Of a stretch of 64,000 nt of DNA, positions 46,249 to 56,352 are shown piece by piece (the stretch's first letter is position 1; every line of letters begins with the position of its first letter). Made by a program: the position numbers and the translations under genes. A model generated the notes under the pieces. That model made no database searches, was not told the DNA's origin, and saw only the letters and a list, made by a program, of their open reading frames with translations. The DNA is from Akkermansia sp. (GTDB lineage: Bacteria; Verrucomicrobiota; Verrucomicrobiia; Verrucomicrobiales; Akkermansiaceae): contig JAZRBU010000028.1 in assembly GCA_045635265.1 (NCBI GenBank), forward strand, positions 29,019 to 93,018. Reading direction: 5' to 3'.

Positions 46249-47238
46249 ATGAAAGTACTCGTTACCGGCGGTGCCGGATATATAGGTTCCCACACGGTAC
46301 GTCAGCTGGTGAAAGCCGGAGCAGATGTCACAGTGCTGGACAGCATGGTCTACGGTCACCAGGCCGCTATCGTAGACAAGGAAGTAACCCTGGTGAAAGG
46401 TGATCTGGGTGACCCCTCCGTGGTGTACCCGCTGCTCATCAACGGCAAGTTTGATGCCGTGGTGCACTTTGCCGCCTTCATTCAGGTGGGTGAGTCCGTA
46501 ACAGACCCCCTGAAGTATTATGAGAACAATATCGCCAAGCCGCTGGTGCTGTTGCGCGCCATGATTCTGGCCGGCACCAAGCGCTTCGTGTTCTCCTCCA
46601 CCTGTGCCACCTATGGTGAGCCCACGCAGATTCCCATTCCCGAGACGGAGAAGCAGGACCCCATCAACCCCTACGGCGGCTCCAAATTCATGCTGGAGAA
46701 AGTCTGTAAGGACTGCGACCGCGCATACGGTCTCAAGAGCGTATTCCTGCGCTACTTCAATGCCTCCGGCTCCGCCGTGGACGGCGCCATCGGTGAAGAC
46801 CACGAGCCGGAGAGCCACCTCATCCCGGTAATTCTGCAGGCCATCAAGGGCGAGCGCCCCGGCATCACCGTGTTCGGTACGGATTACGATACCCCGGACG
46901 GCACCTGCATCCGTGACTACATCCACGTGGATGATTTGGCAGATGCCCACCTGCGTGCGCTCGACTACCTGATGAAGGGCGGAGAGACCAACTGGTTCAA
47001 CCTGGGTACCGGCAACGGCTTCTCCGTGAAGCAGATTATTGACGCCGCAGAAAAAGTGACGGGCATGAAAGCCCCCGTCTCCTACGGCCCCCGCCGTGAG
47101 GGCGATCCGCCCCGTCTGATTGCCGACTCCCGCAAGGCTGCAGAAATCCTGGGATGGATTCCCAAGTACCAGGATGTCACGCAGATTGTGGAGACTGCTT
47201 GGAAATGGCACAACGGTCCCCGCGGCGGTCACTATTAA
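46249..47238 (+). CDS. galE: UDP-glucose 4-epimerase
   Basis: GGAGYIGSH, YGGSKFMLEK (YxxxK) and DGTCIRDYIHVDDLA. Confidence 0.92.
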   Translation: MKVLVTGGAGYIGSHTVRQLVKAGADVTVLDSMVYGHQAAIVDKEVTLVKGDLGDPSVVYPLLINGKFDAVVHFAAFIQVGESVTDPLKYYENNIAKPLVLLRAMILAGTKRFVFSSTCATYGEPTQIPIPETEKQDPINPYGGSKFMLEKVCKDCDRAYGLKSVFLRYFNASGSAVDGAIGEDHEPESHLIPVILQAIKGERPGITVFGTDYDTPDGTCIRDYIHVDDLADAHLRALDYLMKGGETNWFNLGTGNGFSVKQIIDAAEKVTGMKAPVSYGPRREGDPPRLIADSRKAAEILGWIPKYQDVTQIVETAWKWHNGPRGGHY

Positions 47239-47265
47239 TCCCCCGCAGCACAACCTTATCCCCTG

Positions 47266-47297
47266 CCCCGCAGTGAAAACTGCGGGGCTTTTTTTTA
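47266..47297 (+). terminator. Intrinsic terminator after galE
   Basis: ccccgcag-tgaaaa-ctgcgggg followed by T8. Confidence 0.85.
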
Positions 47298-47311
47298 CGG
47301 ACAAAATGAGG

Positions 47312-47354
47312 CAAAAAAAAGCGCGTACTGCTCCGAATCGGAACAACACGCGCT
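47312..47354 (-). terminator. Intrinsic terminator after the autotransporter gene
   Basis: agcgcgt (47320-47326) pairs with acgcgct (47348-47354), with a T8 run on the minus strand. Confidence 0.75.
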
Positions 47355-47376
47355 GTAAATTACAGAGGCGCTACTA

Positions 47377-50300
47377 TCAGAACTTGATAGAGGTATTGAT
47401 GTTGGCGCTGTAGTTGACAGCGTCACCCATGACTTCCAGAGCGGCGTTGGCGCCGACACTCCAGGAGGCATTGATATCATACGCAGCACCGACGCGCACA
47501 CCGGCGCCAACAGTACCGGGATTGGCTCCCTCTGCGCACCAGCCATTGACGGAGGGCATGGGATTATCACGCATGAGATCACCCAGGAAGCGGGCTTCCG
47601 CATACATCACAGTAGAAGCATAGCGGCGGGTAATACCGGTACCGAACTCAGCGCGAAGGTTGCGGATTTCACCGCTGTCAACCCCGGCAACAGTATCGCC
47701 CGTGTTCATGTAGTACTCCAAGCCGCCGAAGACGTTGACCGTAGTCGTATCGGAAATGGAGCGGCTCCAGTCCAGACGACCATTCAGCTGAAGGCTGTCC
47801 TGCTCCCAGGACATGGAGGAAGCACGGGAGGGCGTAGATTCCACAGAACCGTAAACGGCAGACCAGCTGAAGGTGATACCACTGGTATCACTCAGCCGCT
47901 TGATGACGGATGCACCGTAGACACCAACATAAGTACCGTCCTGCTCCATCTCATCCAGCATACCGTCGGGAGTCACATCCGTGGTATTCACGCCGATGGC
48001 CAGACCCACACAGGAAGTCTTGCCCAGCATGGTCTCGATACCGAAGGCGGCACCAAGGGTGGAGGTATCACTACCGCGCTTCACGCCGTCGTCTCCCACA
48101 GACATGCTGTTATAGAGAGCGGATACCCAGACGGAGGGACCATTCTCACCCACAGAACCGGAAGCGGAACGCTGGCCCTGCAGAGCATCGGCAAAGGCGT
48201 GAGAAGCGGCAAACATACCCCAGTTGCTCTGCACCATAAGATCACGCAGCTCACTATTGGAGATGGACCACTTGCCGTTCGTGTGCTCATACACCTTGTC
48301 AAGGTCAAGAAGCACCTGCACCTTGCCTTCCGTCTCCTTGAGCGTCAGGGCATATTCGGTGTTGGGATTACCGTCATCGTAGTTCAGCACAAGCTGCCCG
48401 AAATCACCGGTAAGAGAGGAAGATTCCATCAGCACGTCGCCGTCGGCATACTTGCCGGCTTCCAGCTGCACAAGCGTATCTGCCGTGAGCGTGATGGAAC
48501 CGGAAACAGTCAGCTTGCAGCCATCGGAAACAACAGCCATGCTGCGCTTCTGGGAATCCTTCATGCCATTGAAGTAAACCGTACCGCCATTGAGACGGAG
48601 ATTGCCGTCCAGTTTGGCATTGCGGTCCAGAACAATAGCCGTGGCATTGCCGGTGCGGACATTGCCGGTAAGGCTGCCGCCGCGGAAATAGAGTCCCTGC
48701 TTGCCGGAGAGTACCAGCTGCACGCCCTCATCCGCCACCATACGACCGCCGTTCAGGTAGATATTGCCGGCACCCAGAGCTTCCTCACGTGCAATGCGAA
48801 GAGCGCCGTCGTTCACAGTCATATCACCGGTGGAAGAATTCTTGCCGCGCAGAACAGTCTCACTGTCCATCACGGTAATAGAGGTATCACCCTTGAGCGC
48901 AACATCGATAGATGCAGGACCGGTGGCAATGATATCCGTATCCTTGAGGGAACCGCCCTTGACGGAACCGCTCTCCAGAGCAACCTGTGCAGCGGTGGTA
49001 TCATCCCCCACGGTCACATCACCCATGATGGAAAGCTTGCCGTCATAGGCCGTACCGGAGAACTCACCGCCGCGGGCAATGACATTGTTCTTCACAGCGT
49101 ACTCACCCATATTGAGCTTACCGCCCGTCAGTTCAATATCACCGGAACCGAAGGAATCTGCACCGCCGGCATTCACCGTGCCGTCTTCGATGGAGGTACC
49201 GCCTTCATAGGTGTTCGCGGCGTTCATATTCAGCGTACCCTTACCGCGTTTGATAAGAGAAGCCTTGCCAACGATAGAGCCGGAACCGCCGAAGGAGACA
49301 TCCTCAGAACCCTCCACCTCAATGGAAGCAGGACGCACATCACCCACGATTTCCACCGTACCGCCGTTATTGAAGACAACCTTGTCTCGGTTGTAGAAGC
49401 GTGCATCATCGGCATCGGTATCCCATTCCTGGTCACCGAGCTGGGACCACACGCCCACCTGACCGGATTTCCAGTACAGCGTGGCGGGATTCTCCTCCAC
49501 CTTCAGCATGAGAGAGGAACCGCTGACGGCGAGCGTATTCACGTTACGCGTATCCGTCACGGGAGTCAGCATGGCAAGGTCACCGCTGATGCTGCCGGCA
49601 TTCACCAGCACATAGTTTCCTCCGTTCTCGTAGTTATTGACGTCAAGAACCGTATCGGAGAGAATCGTCAGAGCACCGCCCACCTGAAGCGTGATGCCGG
49701 GTCCGCCGGGAATCAGCTTGCCGCCGTTAAGCGTCAGCTCACCGGAAACGGAAGAGATGTCCGTGTAGGAGATAGAAGAATCGGCAGCAGATTCCAGAGA
49801 ACCCTGCAGATTACCGCCGCTGAACTTGACATCCTGACCGGAAACAAGCACCAGGGGAGTCTCAGGATTCAGAGAACCGCCCTGCAAGTCCATATCTGCG
49901 GTAGTGCTGCCCTGCAGAGAGAGCATGCCGTTCTGAACCGTAATCAGGCCGGTGGTGGAGTGGTCGCCGCGCAGCACCGTGTTCCCCAGCACCGTGAGGT
50001 TGGTCTTACCAACAAGCAGAGTCTCAATCGTCACGCCTTCAGCGGTGATGGAAGTATCCTTCAGGGAACCGCCGGTGATAGTAGCAGCCTTGAGCACCAC
50101 GGAAGAAGCGGTAGTATTCTCACCAATAGTAGCCGTACCGGTCACGCTGAGCGTACCCGCATAGGCCGTACCGGAGAACGTACCGGAATTGACCATCACG
50201 TTGTTGCTCACGGCATATTCACCCAGCTCCAGATTACCGCCTTTCACAGTGATATCACCCGTACCGAAAGCCTTTTCATGACCGGCGATAAGCGTACCGT

Positions 50301-52401
50301 TAAGCAGCTCTGTTCCGCCGGAGTACTCGTTTGCGAGAGAAATCTTCAAGGAACCGTCACCCTGTTTGGTGAGCTTCATGTCACCGGCAAGCTTACCACC
50401 GGAAGGATCAGCCACCCATTCATAGGCACCGGCGGTGGTATTATCCACCAGCACCATGGACGGACGAAGCTCGCCCTTGAGAGTGACCGTACCGGCAGCG
50501 GTGTCGGTAAACGTAGCGGATGCACCGTTGGAGAACGCGTAGGCCTGACCGTTCTGCTCCCAGTTGATAGCTACGGAGCTCCAGACGAAGTCGCCGTCAC
50601 CGTTGGCCCAGGTAGCATCCAGAAGCGCAGGCAGCGTGGTGTAGTAGTACAGAACGCGGAGGGCACCCTCAGTCTCCCAGCGCAGATTGGCATAGGTCAC
50701 ATCAAAACCAATCTCAGGAGCACCGATTGCCGTCAGATTAGCAGATGTCCAGCCATCCAGAGCCACGGCTTCAGCCATTTCCATGAGCTTGTACTTACCG
50801 TCCGTCAGCGGAGAATCCACTACAAGATTGATTGTAGAACCGGCATTGAACGTCACCGATGTCTCGGAATTCAGAAGCACACCGGAAGCGGTGAGATTCA
50901 GGGCATTCACCTCAAAGGTCAGCGAGTTGTTACCGTCGAAAACAATACCGACGGCTTCGATGGTGCTGCCGGTGCCCTTGACATGAAGCTTAGACCCAGA
51001 GGAGAACACGACACGACCGTCTCCCTGATTCACTTCCAAATCTTCAAAAACAGAAGCGGCAACTGCACCGTTATTCAGATACAGCGTAGAATTGTTGCCG
51101 GCAATAAAAGCACCGGTCAGGTAAACTGCACCGTCCGTCACCATCATGCGGCCGCCGTGAACCGTAGTCACGCCGAGTGCCAGAGAGGTGGAGGAAAGAG
51201 TCACCTCCTCTGCGGAAGGAGTGGTCGGGTTTGCCTCCTCAGGATTTGCGCCTTCAGCCTTGAATGCCGTCAAATCTTCCAGCACATTACGGGCGGAGAA
51301 AATCACATCACCGGCAGCCTGCTCTGTTGTACCGGCTGCGTTGGTGTACGGGGCATTGATGCTGACCGAGCAGTCCACATTGATGGGGTCATAGAACGTA
51401 ACCGAAGAATTGGCACCTGCAGAAACGTTAAGAGCACCTTTGTAATCGGTCTTCATACCGATACTTTCGAGGTAATAAGCCTCACCGTCACGGAAGCTGG
51501 CATAAACACCGTTATTGCGGAATGTCACAGAATCATTACCGGCGATGGTAATAGAGTTCAGCGCACCGACGGCAGCACCCAGAGCATCACCGCCGCGAGC
51601 AGAGGTCACGGAAAGGCGGTTTCCCTGGAAGACAACGTCCTCGTTGTTGACAATCCGTACATCGTTACCGAAAACAGCACCGCCGCAACCGAACGCCTCA
51701 GTCCCATCCCCTCCGTCCACGCTCAGAACCAGCTTATTGGCCTGAATACTGACGTCCTTATTATTGGCAATCTCCATCGTCACGCCGCCGAGCGTACCAC
51801 CCAAAGCGTGCCCCTTGCGCATCTCATTTCCCTCGGTAGCAACGTCCACCGTCGTAACATTGCGGGTGATATTGATATTGCGGTTATTGCGGATAGAGAA
51901 GGTATCCCCGTTGTCTGTAAATCCGGCCAAATCACCCAGGGTATCCGTCTCGTCGCTGATTTCAGGCAAACCGGCCGCCATCACGCCGCCCATAAAGGCA
52001 AAGTTCGTCTTTACACCGACATCAACCGTACTACTGTCGACCGTGAGATTATTGAGACCGACAAAAGTCAAATCACCGACAGTCAGAAGCTTACCACCGG
52101 AAGACATATTGATACTGCCGGGGTTATCATTGCTCCAGCTGGTGAAGAGGACATCCTTCACCCCATCAGTGAACAGAGAGTATGCCGGGTTCCAAGTAAT
52201 GGTAAAGTTCGACACGTTATTGGCCGATTTGAGCAGGAAGGCGGCCTGCTTCTGGCTACCGGCCACATCGCTGGGCTGAGTCACAGTAATCTGGGCATAA
52301 CCATTCGGCACATCACTGATTCCGCCGAACGTTACGGCGGGGAATGCCACCACGGCTGCTACAAGCGCGTGGAACAAAGACACGGGGAGGTGTGGTTTCA
52401 T
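47377..52401 (-). CDS. Autotransporter outer-membrane protein with PATR-type beta-strand repeats
   Basis: Trimmed to MKPHLPVSLFHALVAAVVAFPAVTF (ATG at 52401). Repeated GGTxxxxGTLxxG...FGTGDI modules. The C-terminal ~280 aa form a beta-barrel-like region ending ...NINTSIKF. Confidence 0.85.
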   Translation of the reverse strand: MKPHLPVSLFHALVAAVVAFPAVTFGGISDVPNGYAQITVTQPSDVAGSQKQAAFLLKSANNVSNFTITWNPAYSLFTDGVKDVLFTSWSNDNPGSINMSSGGKLLTVGDLTFVGLNNLTVDSSTVDVGVKTNFAFMGGVMAAGLPEISDETDTLGDLAGFTDNGDTFSIRNNRNINITRNVTTVDVATEGNEMRKGHALGGTLGGVTMEIANNKDVSIQANKLVLSVDGGDGTEAFGCGGAVFGNDVRIVNNEDVVFQGNRLSVTSARGGDALGAAVGALNSITIAGNDSVTFRNNGVYASFRDGEAYYLESIGMKTDYKGALNVSAGANSSVTFYDPINVDCSVSINAPYTNAAGTTEQAAGDVIFSARNVLEDLTAFKAEGANPEEANPTTPSAEEVTLSSTSLALGVTTVHGGRMMVTDGAVYLTGAFIAGNNSTLYLNNGAVAASVFEDLEVNQGDGRVVFSSGSKLHVKGTGSTIEAVGIVFDGNNSLTFEVNALNLTASGVLLNSETSVTFNAGSTINLVVDSPLTDGKYKLMEMAEAVALDGWTSANLTAIGAPEIGFDVTYANLRWETEGALRVLYYYTTLPALLDATWANGDGDFVWSSVAINWEQNGQAYAFSNGASATFTDTAAGTVTLKGELRPSMVLVDNTTAGAYEWVADPSGGKLAGDMKLTKQGDGSLKISLANEYSGGTELLNGTLIAGHEKAFGTGDITVKGGNLELGEYAVSNNVMVNSGTFSGTAYAGTLSVTGTATIGENTTASSVVLKAATITGGSLKDTSITAEGVTIETLLVGKTNLTVLGNTVLRGDHSTTGLITVQNGMLSLQGSTTADMDLQGGSLNPETPLVLVSGQDVKFSGGNLQGSLESAADSSISYTDISSVSGELTLNGGKLIPGGPGITLQVGGALTILSDTVLDVNNYENGGNYVLVNAGSISGDLAMLTPVTDTRNVNTLAVSGSSLMLKVEENPATLYWKSGQVGVWSQLGDQEWDTDADDARFYNRDKVVFNNGGTVEIVGDVRPASIEVEGSEDVSFGGSGSIVGKASLIKRGKGTLNMNAANTYEGGTSIEDGTVNAGGADSFGSGDIELTGGKLNMGEYAVKNNVIARGGEFSGTAYDGKLSIMGDVTVGDDTTAAQVALESGSVKGGSLKDTDIIATGPASIDVALKGDTSITVMDSETVLRGKNSSTGDMTVNDGALRIAREEALGAGNIYLNGGRMVADEGVQLVLSGKQGLYFRGGSLTGNVRTGNATAIVLDRNAKLDGNLRLNGGTVYFNGMKDSQKRSMAVVSDGCKLTVSGSITLTADTLVQLEAGKYADGDVLMESSSLTGDFGQLVLNYDDGNPNTEYALTLKETEGKVQVLLDLDKVYEHTNGKWSISNSELRDLMVQSNWGMFAASHAFADALQGQRSASGSVGENGPSVWVSALYNSMSVGDDGVKRGSDTSTLGAAFGIETMLGKTSCVGLAIGVNTTDVTPDGMLDEMEQDGTYVGVYGASVIKRLSDTSGITFSWSAVYGSVESTPSRASSMSWEQDSLQLNGRLDWSRSISDTTTVNVFGGLEYYMNTGDTVAGVDSGEIRNLRAEFGTGITRRYASTVMYAEARFLGDLMRDNPMPSVNGWCAEGANPGTVGAGVRVGAAYDINASWSVGANAALEVMGDAVNYSANINTSIKF
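48919..49204 (-). repeat. Internal ~95-aa duplication, copy B, within the autotransporter passenger
   Basis: GGTSIEDGTVNAGGADSFGSGDIELTGGKLNMGEYAVKNNVIARGGEFSGTAYDGKLSIMG...GGSLKDTDIIATG parallels copy A. Confidence 0.8.
50035..50330 (-). repeat. Internal ~95-aa duplication, copy A, within the autotransporter passenger
   Basis: GGTELLNGTLIAGHEKAFGTGDITVKGGNLELGEYAVSNNVMVNSGTFSGTAYAGTLSVTG...GGSLKDTSITAEG. Confidence 0.8.
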
Positions 52402-52599
52402 ATATGTATATAGTTGAAATATCGGAAGATAGGAGCCCCGAACATAAATCGGGGAGGACTCTGCTGCTGATTCCGCACATCTTCCGGGCACAAAAACCGG
52501 CAACAAAATCTCTACTTTGTCCATTCTACCCTATCATCTTATGGAGTCAAGCTAAAAGAAAACATTTACCAAGATTATTAGTTCTTTCTTTACGCAACA

Positions 52600-52635
52600 C
52601 AAAAAAACCGCAAGCCGACACCAGCCGGCTTGCGG
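52600..52635 (-). terminator. Intrinsic terminator after tig
   Basis: ccgcaagccg (52608-52617) pairs with cggcttgcgg (52626-52635), with a T7 run on the minus strand (52601-52607). Confidence 0.8.
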
Positions 52636-52660
52636 AAGAAAAAGGCGGTATTCAATCGGC

Positions 52661-53968
52661 TCAAGCCTCCTGCACCGTCACCTTGGCATTGCGGGACAGA
52701 AGATCCAGCACCTTGGAGGTCACAATGGAGAGACGGATGCCCGTCACGCGATTTTCGCGATACATCTTGCGGATGAAGTTCTTGAGGTTCTTCTCCTGAG
52801 CCTGCTCAGCCATGCGGGACATAGCCGCAAGCAGCTCCTGATCAGTCACCTCCACATTCTCACGGACAGCAATCTCCTGCAGAGCGAAGTACACACGCAG
52901 ATTGCGCTCCGTCTCCTTCACGGAATCGGCACGCAGAGCATCCATATCCTTGGCTACATCATAGTTGCCGGACTGAATGGCGGCATACACCTTGCGCTGC
53001 ACCGTATTATCATTTTCACGCTCGACAAGGTCAGCCGGAAGAGCGAAAGTGAGCTGATCCGCCAGCTTCTCAGAAATCTGGTCAGCCTTAGCCTCATCAT
53101 TGGCGCGCTCCTTGTTGCTCTTCAGATTCTCACGCACAATCTCCTTAATCTCGTCGAGAGACTTCTCCGGCAGAGCAGCGGCGAAGAGCTCAGCCGTAAT
53201 CTCCGGCACCTGCTTCTCACGAACCTCCTTCACCGTGCAGGAGAACGTCACTTCCTTCCCGGCAAGGTCGGAAATGGGGAAATCTTCCTTCATGGTAACC
53301 ACAACGTCCTTGGACTCACCGGCAGAAAGACCGATAAGACCTTCCGGCAGACCGGGAACAAAGGAATCCTCCTCAAGAGACATCCAATGACCGTCACGGC
53401 CTTCCATGAAACCAACAGGCTTGCCGCAGTACTCAGCAGTGGGCTTACCCTCAACGGTGGTCTTGAAATCAATCACGGCGATATCGCCCTTGGCACCGGC
53501 GCGCTCCACAACTTCATGCTTGGCGGAAGCCTCTGCATACTTCTGAAGCGTCTCCTGCACCTCGTCATCGCTCACCTCCGTGGAAGGCACGGAAACCTCA
53601 ATACCCATATATTCCGGCAACTCAAACTCAGGAACAATCGTGAGAGTGGAGCTGAGCGTCATCGAGCCGTCTTCGTTCGTCACAACGGAAGGCGTACCGA
53701 AATCGAGTACCTTCAAATCAGGATTCTGCTCGAGGGACTGCTCCTGCACATCGGACTTAATGCGGTAATCCAGCTCTTCAGCGATAGCGGAAGCGTAGCG
53801 CTTGGCAATCACGCTCTTGGGAGCCTTGCCGGGACGGAATCCGGGGATGCGGGCGCTCTTGGAGTAAGAAGCCATGATGCTGTCCTTCATGGAGGACACT
53901 TCCTGAGCGGAGGCGGTAGCAGTAAGCGTTGCCTGGCAATCGCTTGTCTTGTTAATACTGATGTCCAT
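52661..53968 (-). CDS. tig: Trigger factor
   Basis: N-terminal ribosome-binding motif GFRPGKAP. Central PPIase-like domain and C-terminal helical domain. 435 aa. Confidence 0.92.
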   Translation of the reverse strand: MDISINKTSDCQATLTATASAQEVSSMKDSIMASYSKSARIPGFRPGKAPKSVIAKRYASAIAEELDYRIKSDVQEQSLEQNPDLKVLDFGTPSVVTNEDGSMTLSSTLTIVPEFELPEYMGIEVSVPSTEVSDDEVQETLQKYAEASAKHEVVERAGAKGDIAVIDFKTTVEGKPTAEYCGKPVGFMEGRDGHWMSLEEDSFVPGLPEGLIGLSAGESKDVVVTMKEDFPISDLAGKEVTFSCTVKEVREKQVPEITAELFAAALPEKSLDEIKEIVRENLKSNKERANDEAKADQISEKLADQLTFALPADLVERENDNTVQRKVYAAIQSGNYDVAKDMDALRADSVKETERNLRVYFALQEIAVRENVEVTDQELLAAMSRMAEQAQEKNLKNFIRKMYRENRVTGIRLSIVTSKVLDLLSRNAKVTVQEA

Positions 53969-54101
53969 GGTTTAACGGAGTTAGAAAAACTGTAAAAAAA
54001 CGCGTGGCGATTATGCCGCAAGGGCAAAAAAAAGGCAAGCACAGAATAAATAATGACGCAAATATCTGCACCTGCGCCATTTTAAGCTTGCCAAAGGCAA
54101 C

Positions 54102-54968
54102 TCAGTTCAGCAAAAAATCCAGAGCACGCAGCTCCATACTTCCGTACCATTCAGCCTTATCCAGACGAGCTCTCTGCTCACTGAGAGATTTCGCTGCACG
54201 CAGGAGAGCCGCAGAAGCTGCCTCCATTTCCGGAGTATCCGGCTTAATATGCCCCTGCAGCAGCAGACTGCGGGTGGGCAGCGTTGTATCATGTAACAAA
54301 AGCAAGTACTTCAACTCCGTCTGCGCCTTCAGGGCAGACGGAGCATCCTGCACAGTCACAAGAGCCTCAGCAGCCTTGAGCTGAATTTCCGTATACAGCT
54401 TAATATCCGCCAGAACTCTCTTATTGCTGAGAGTGAGCAGCGGAATCATGTTAAAAACAGCATGCAGCGGCAGCACCTTCAGCACCGCCTCCGACTGCTT
54501 CACGTCCGCGCCCAAATAGTCCAGCAGCAGACGCATCTGCAACTCATCCACGCCATACCCACCCTGCATGTACTCCCGAGCACTCCGCAAAGCATACTGC
54601 TGACGCCGTGACAAATCCCCGAAAGCCTGCATTTTCAGTATTTCAGCAAACACCGGAGGCATTTTTTCCAACGCGGCAGCTTCCCGCGCCATAGCAGCAA
54701 GATTCTGCTCCGTTTCACGCCAGCGGGCAGCGCGGGTACGCGCCATACCGCGGAAAAGAACCTGCTTCATGGCGCAAGCCTGTTCCCGGCGCTGAGACTC
54801 AGACAACTCCAGCATCTGAGATTGGGAGGGAGGCAGCGGAACCCCGGCAGAGGCATACTCCGCAAAGGGTTCCATCCCCAGCACTGCCTGTGCAGCAGGC
54901 GGCAACTCCTCTGCCATGAGCATAGAAGCGCCGCACAACAGCAAACTCAGGCAATGCACCCGGGTCAT
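54102..54968 (-). CDS. Hypothetical secreted helical protein
   Basis: Signal peptide MTRVHCLSLLLCGASMLMA. The ATG overlaps the tyrS stop (ATGA at 54965-54968). No recognisable domain. Confidence 0.5.
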   Translation of the reverse strand: MTRVHCLSLLLCGASMLMAEELPPAAQAVLGMEPFAEYASAGVPLPPSQSQMLELSESQRREQACAMKQVLFRGMARTRAARWRETEQNLAAMAREAAALEKMPPVFAEILKMQAFGDLSRRQQYALRSAREYMQGGYGVDELQMRLLLDYLGADVKQSEAVLKVLPLHAVFNMIPLLTLSNKRVLADIKLYTEIQLKAAEALVTVQDAPSALKAQTELKYLLLLHDTTLPTRSLLLQGHIKPDTPEMEAASAALLRAAKSLSEQRARLDKAEWYGSMELRALDFLLN

Positions 54969-56188
54969 GCAAACTCACCCATGTAGAATTTCTTCTTACC
55001 GCGGCGAATAATCACCACAGCCCCTTCCAAGGCACAGGCGGGAGACACCTCAAAGGCAACATCCTTCACCACATCCCCGTTCAGGGAAATTGCGCCGTTA
55101 TTGATAAACTCTCTGGCTTCTCGCTTGGAGCTGCACACACCGGCCGATACCAGCACATCCGCCAGCGGACCGCAGGAAAGCTTCACGACAGGCACATTTT
55201 TCATACCGGCCTTGATATCTCGCAGGCTCAGGCTCTTGAAATCACCGGCAAAGAGTTTTTCACTGATTTCCACTGCATGTTCAAACTCTTCCGCACCGTG
55301 CAGGTCCGTAATAATCTCACGAGCAAGAGCTTTCTGAGCAAGGCGCAGCTCCGGATGCTGCAGATGCTGCGCTTCAATCTCCATAATCTGTTCCGGCGTC
55401 AGGAACGTCAGACGCTTCAGGTAGGTGATGACGCAGGTATCATCCGAATTGAGCAGGAACTGGTACAGCTCATAAGAGGACGTCTTATTCTTATCAAGCC
55501 AAAGAGCATTACCTTCACTCTTACCGAACTTATTCCCCTGAGCATCCGTCACCAGCGGCATCGTAAGGGCGTATACTTCATCCCCCGTCGTCTTACGAAT
55601 CAGCTCAATACCCGTGGTGATATTGCCCCACTGGTCACTGCCGGCCACCTGCAAATCCACCCCGCGGGTCTCATGCAGATGCTTGAAGTCCAGTGCCTGA
55701 ATCAGCATGTAGGAGAATTCGGCATAGGAGATACCCGTCTCCATCTGGCGCCGCACATGATCCTTGGAAAGCATGTAGCCCACATTGATGTACTTACCGT
55801 AATCACGGAAGAAATCAATGACGGTCATATCCTTCACCCAGTCATAGTTATTGACAACCTCAAAGCCGAACACCTTTTCCACCTGGTCACGCAGAGCCTC
55901 ATAGTTACGGAACACTTCTTCCTTCTGTTTCAGCTCGCGCTCAACGGTACCGCGGGGGTCACCAATCAAGCCCGTGGCAAGACCAACCAGCAGAATGGGA
56001 GTGTGCCCGGCCGCTTTCAATCGGCGGGTAACCAGGAAACTGGAATAATGACCCAGATGCAGACTGTCAGCGGTGGGGTCCGTGCCAATATAGAACGTGA
56101 GCCCGCCCTGGTTCAATTTTTCAATCAAATCCGGGCTGGAAATCTGATTCACCAGTCCACGCCATTCAAGCTCTTCGTAAAAGGTCAT
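54965..56188 (-). CDS. tyrS: Tyrosyl-tRNA synthetase
   Basis: HIGH-type LHLGH, KMSKS-type KFGKS, and a C-terminal S4 domain. Confidence 0.95.
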   Translation of the reverse strand: MTFYEELEWRGLVNQISSPDLIEKLNQGGLTFYIGTDPTADSLHLGHYSSFLVTRRLKAAGHTPILLVGLATGLIGDPRGTVERELKQKEEVFRNYEALRDQVEKVFGFEVVNNYDWVKDMTVIDFFRDYGKYINVGYMLSKDHVRRQMETGISYAEFSYMLIQALDFKHLHETRGVDLQVAGSDQWGNITTGIELIRKTTGDEVYALTMPLVTDAQGNKFGKSEGNALWLDKNKTSSYELYQFLLNSDDTCVITYLKRLTFLTPEQIMEIEAQHLQHPELRLAQKALAREIITDLHGAEEFEHAVEISEKLFAGDFKSLSLRDIKAGMKNVPVVKLSCGPLADVLVSAGVCSSKREAREFINNGAISLNGDVVKDVAFEVSPACALEGAVVIIRRGKKKFYMGEFA

Positions 56189-56352
56189 AACTCAAGAAAA
56201 AGTACAGTGAGCATCGTAGCACGGACGGAGCGGCCTGTCAATGTTGAGAGCGCGTACTGACACTCTCTGAACTGCGCTTTTCCGGCACAAATAACCGGGT
56301 AGAACATACTTTAGACTTCACACGCGCGCGAAAAAATGAGAAGATACACCCC

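Noticed and set aside
48199-52413. 1404-codon ORF on the plus strand
   Set aside because: It lies exactly antisense to the autotransporter gene. Its translation is low-complexity (G/T/A/R/H-rich) with no motifs, whereas the minus strand carries a signal peptide, PATR repeats and a beta-barrel terminus. It is a shadow ORF produced by GC-rich repetitive coding sequence.
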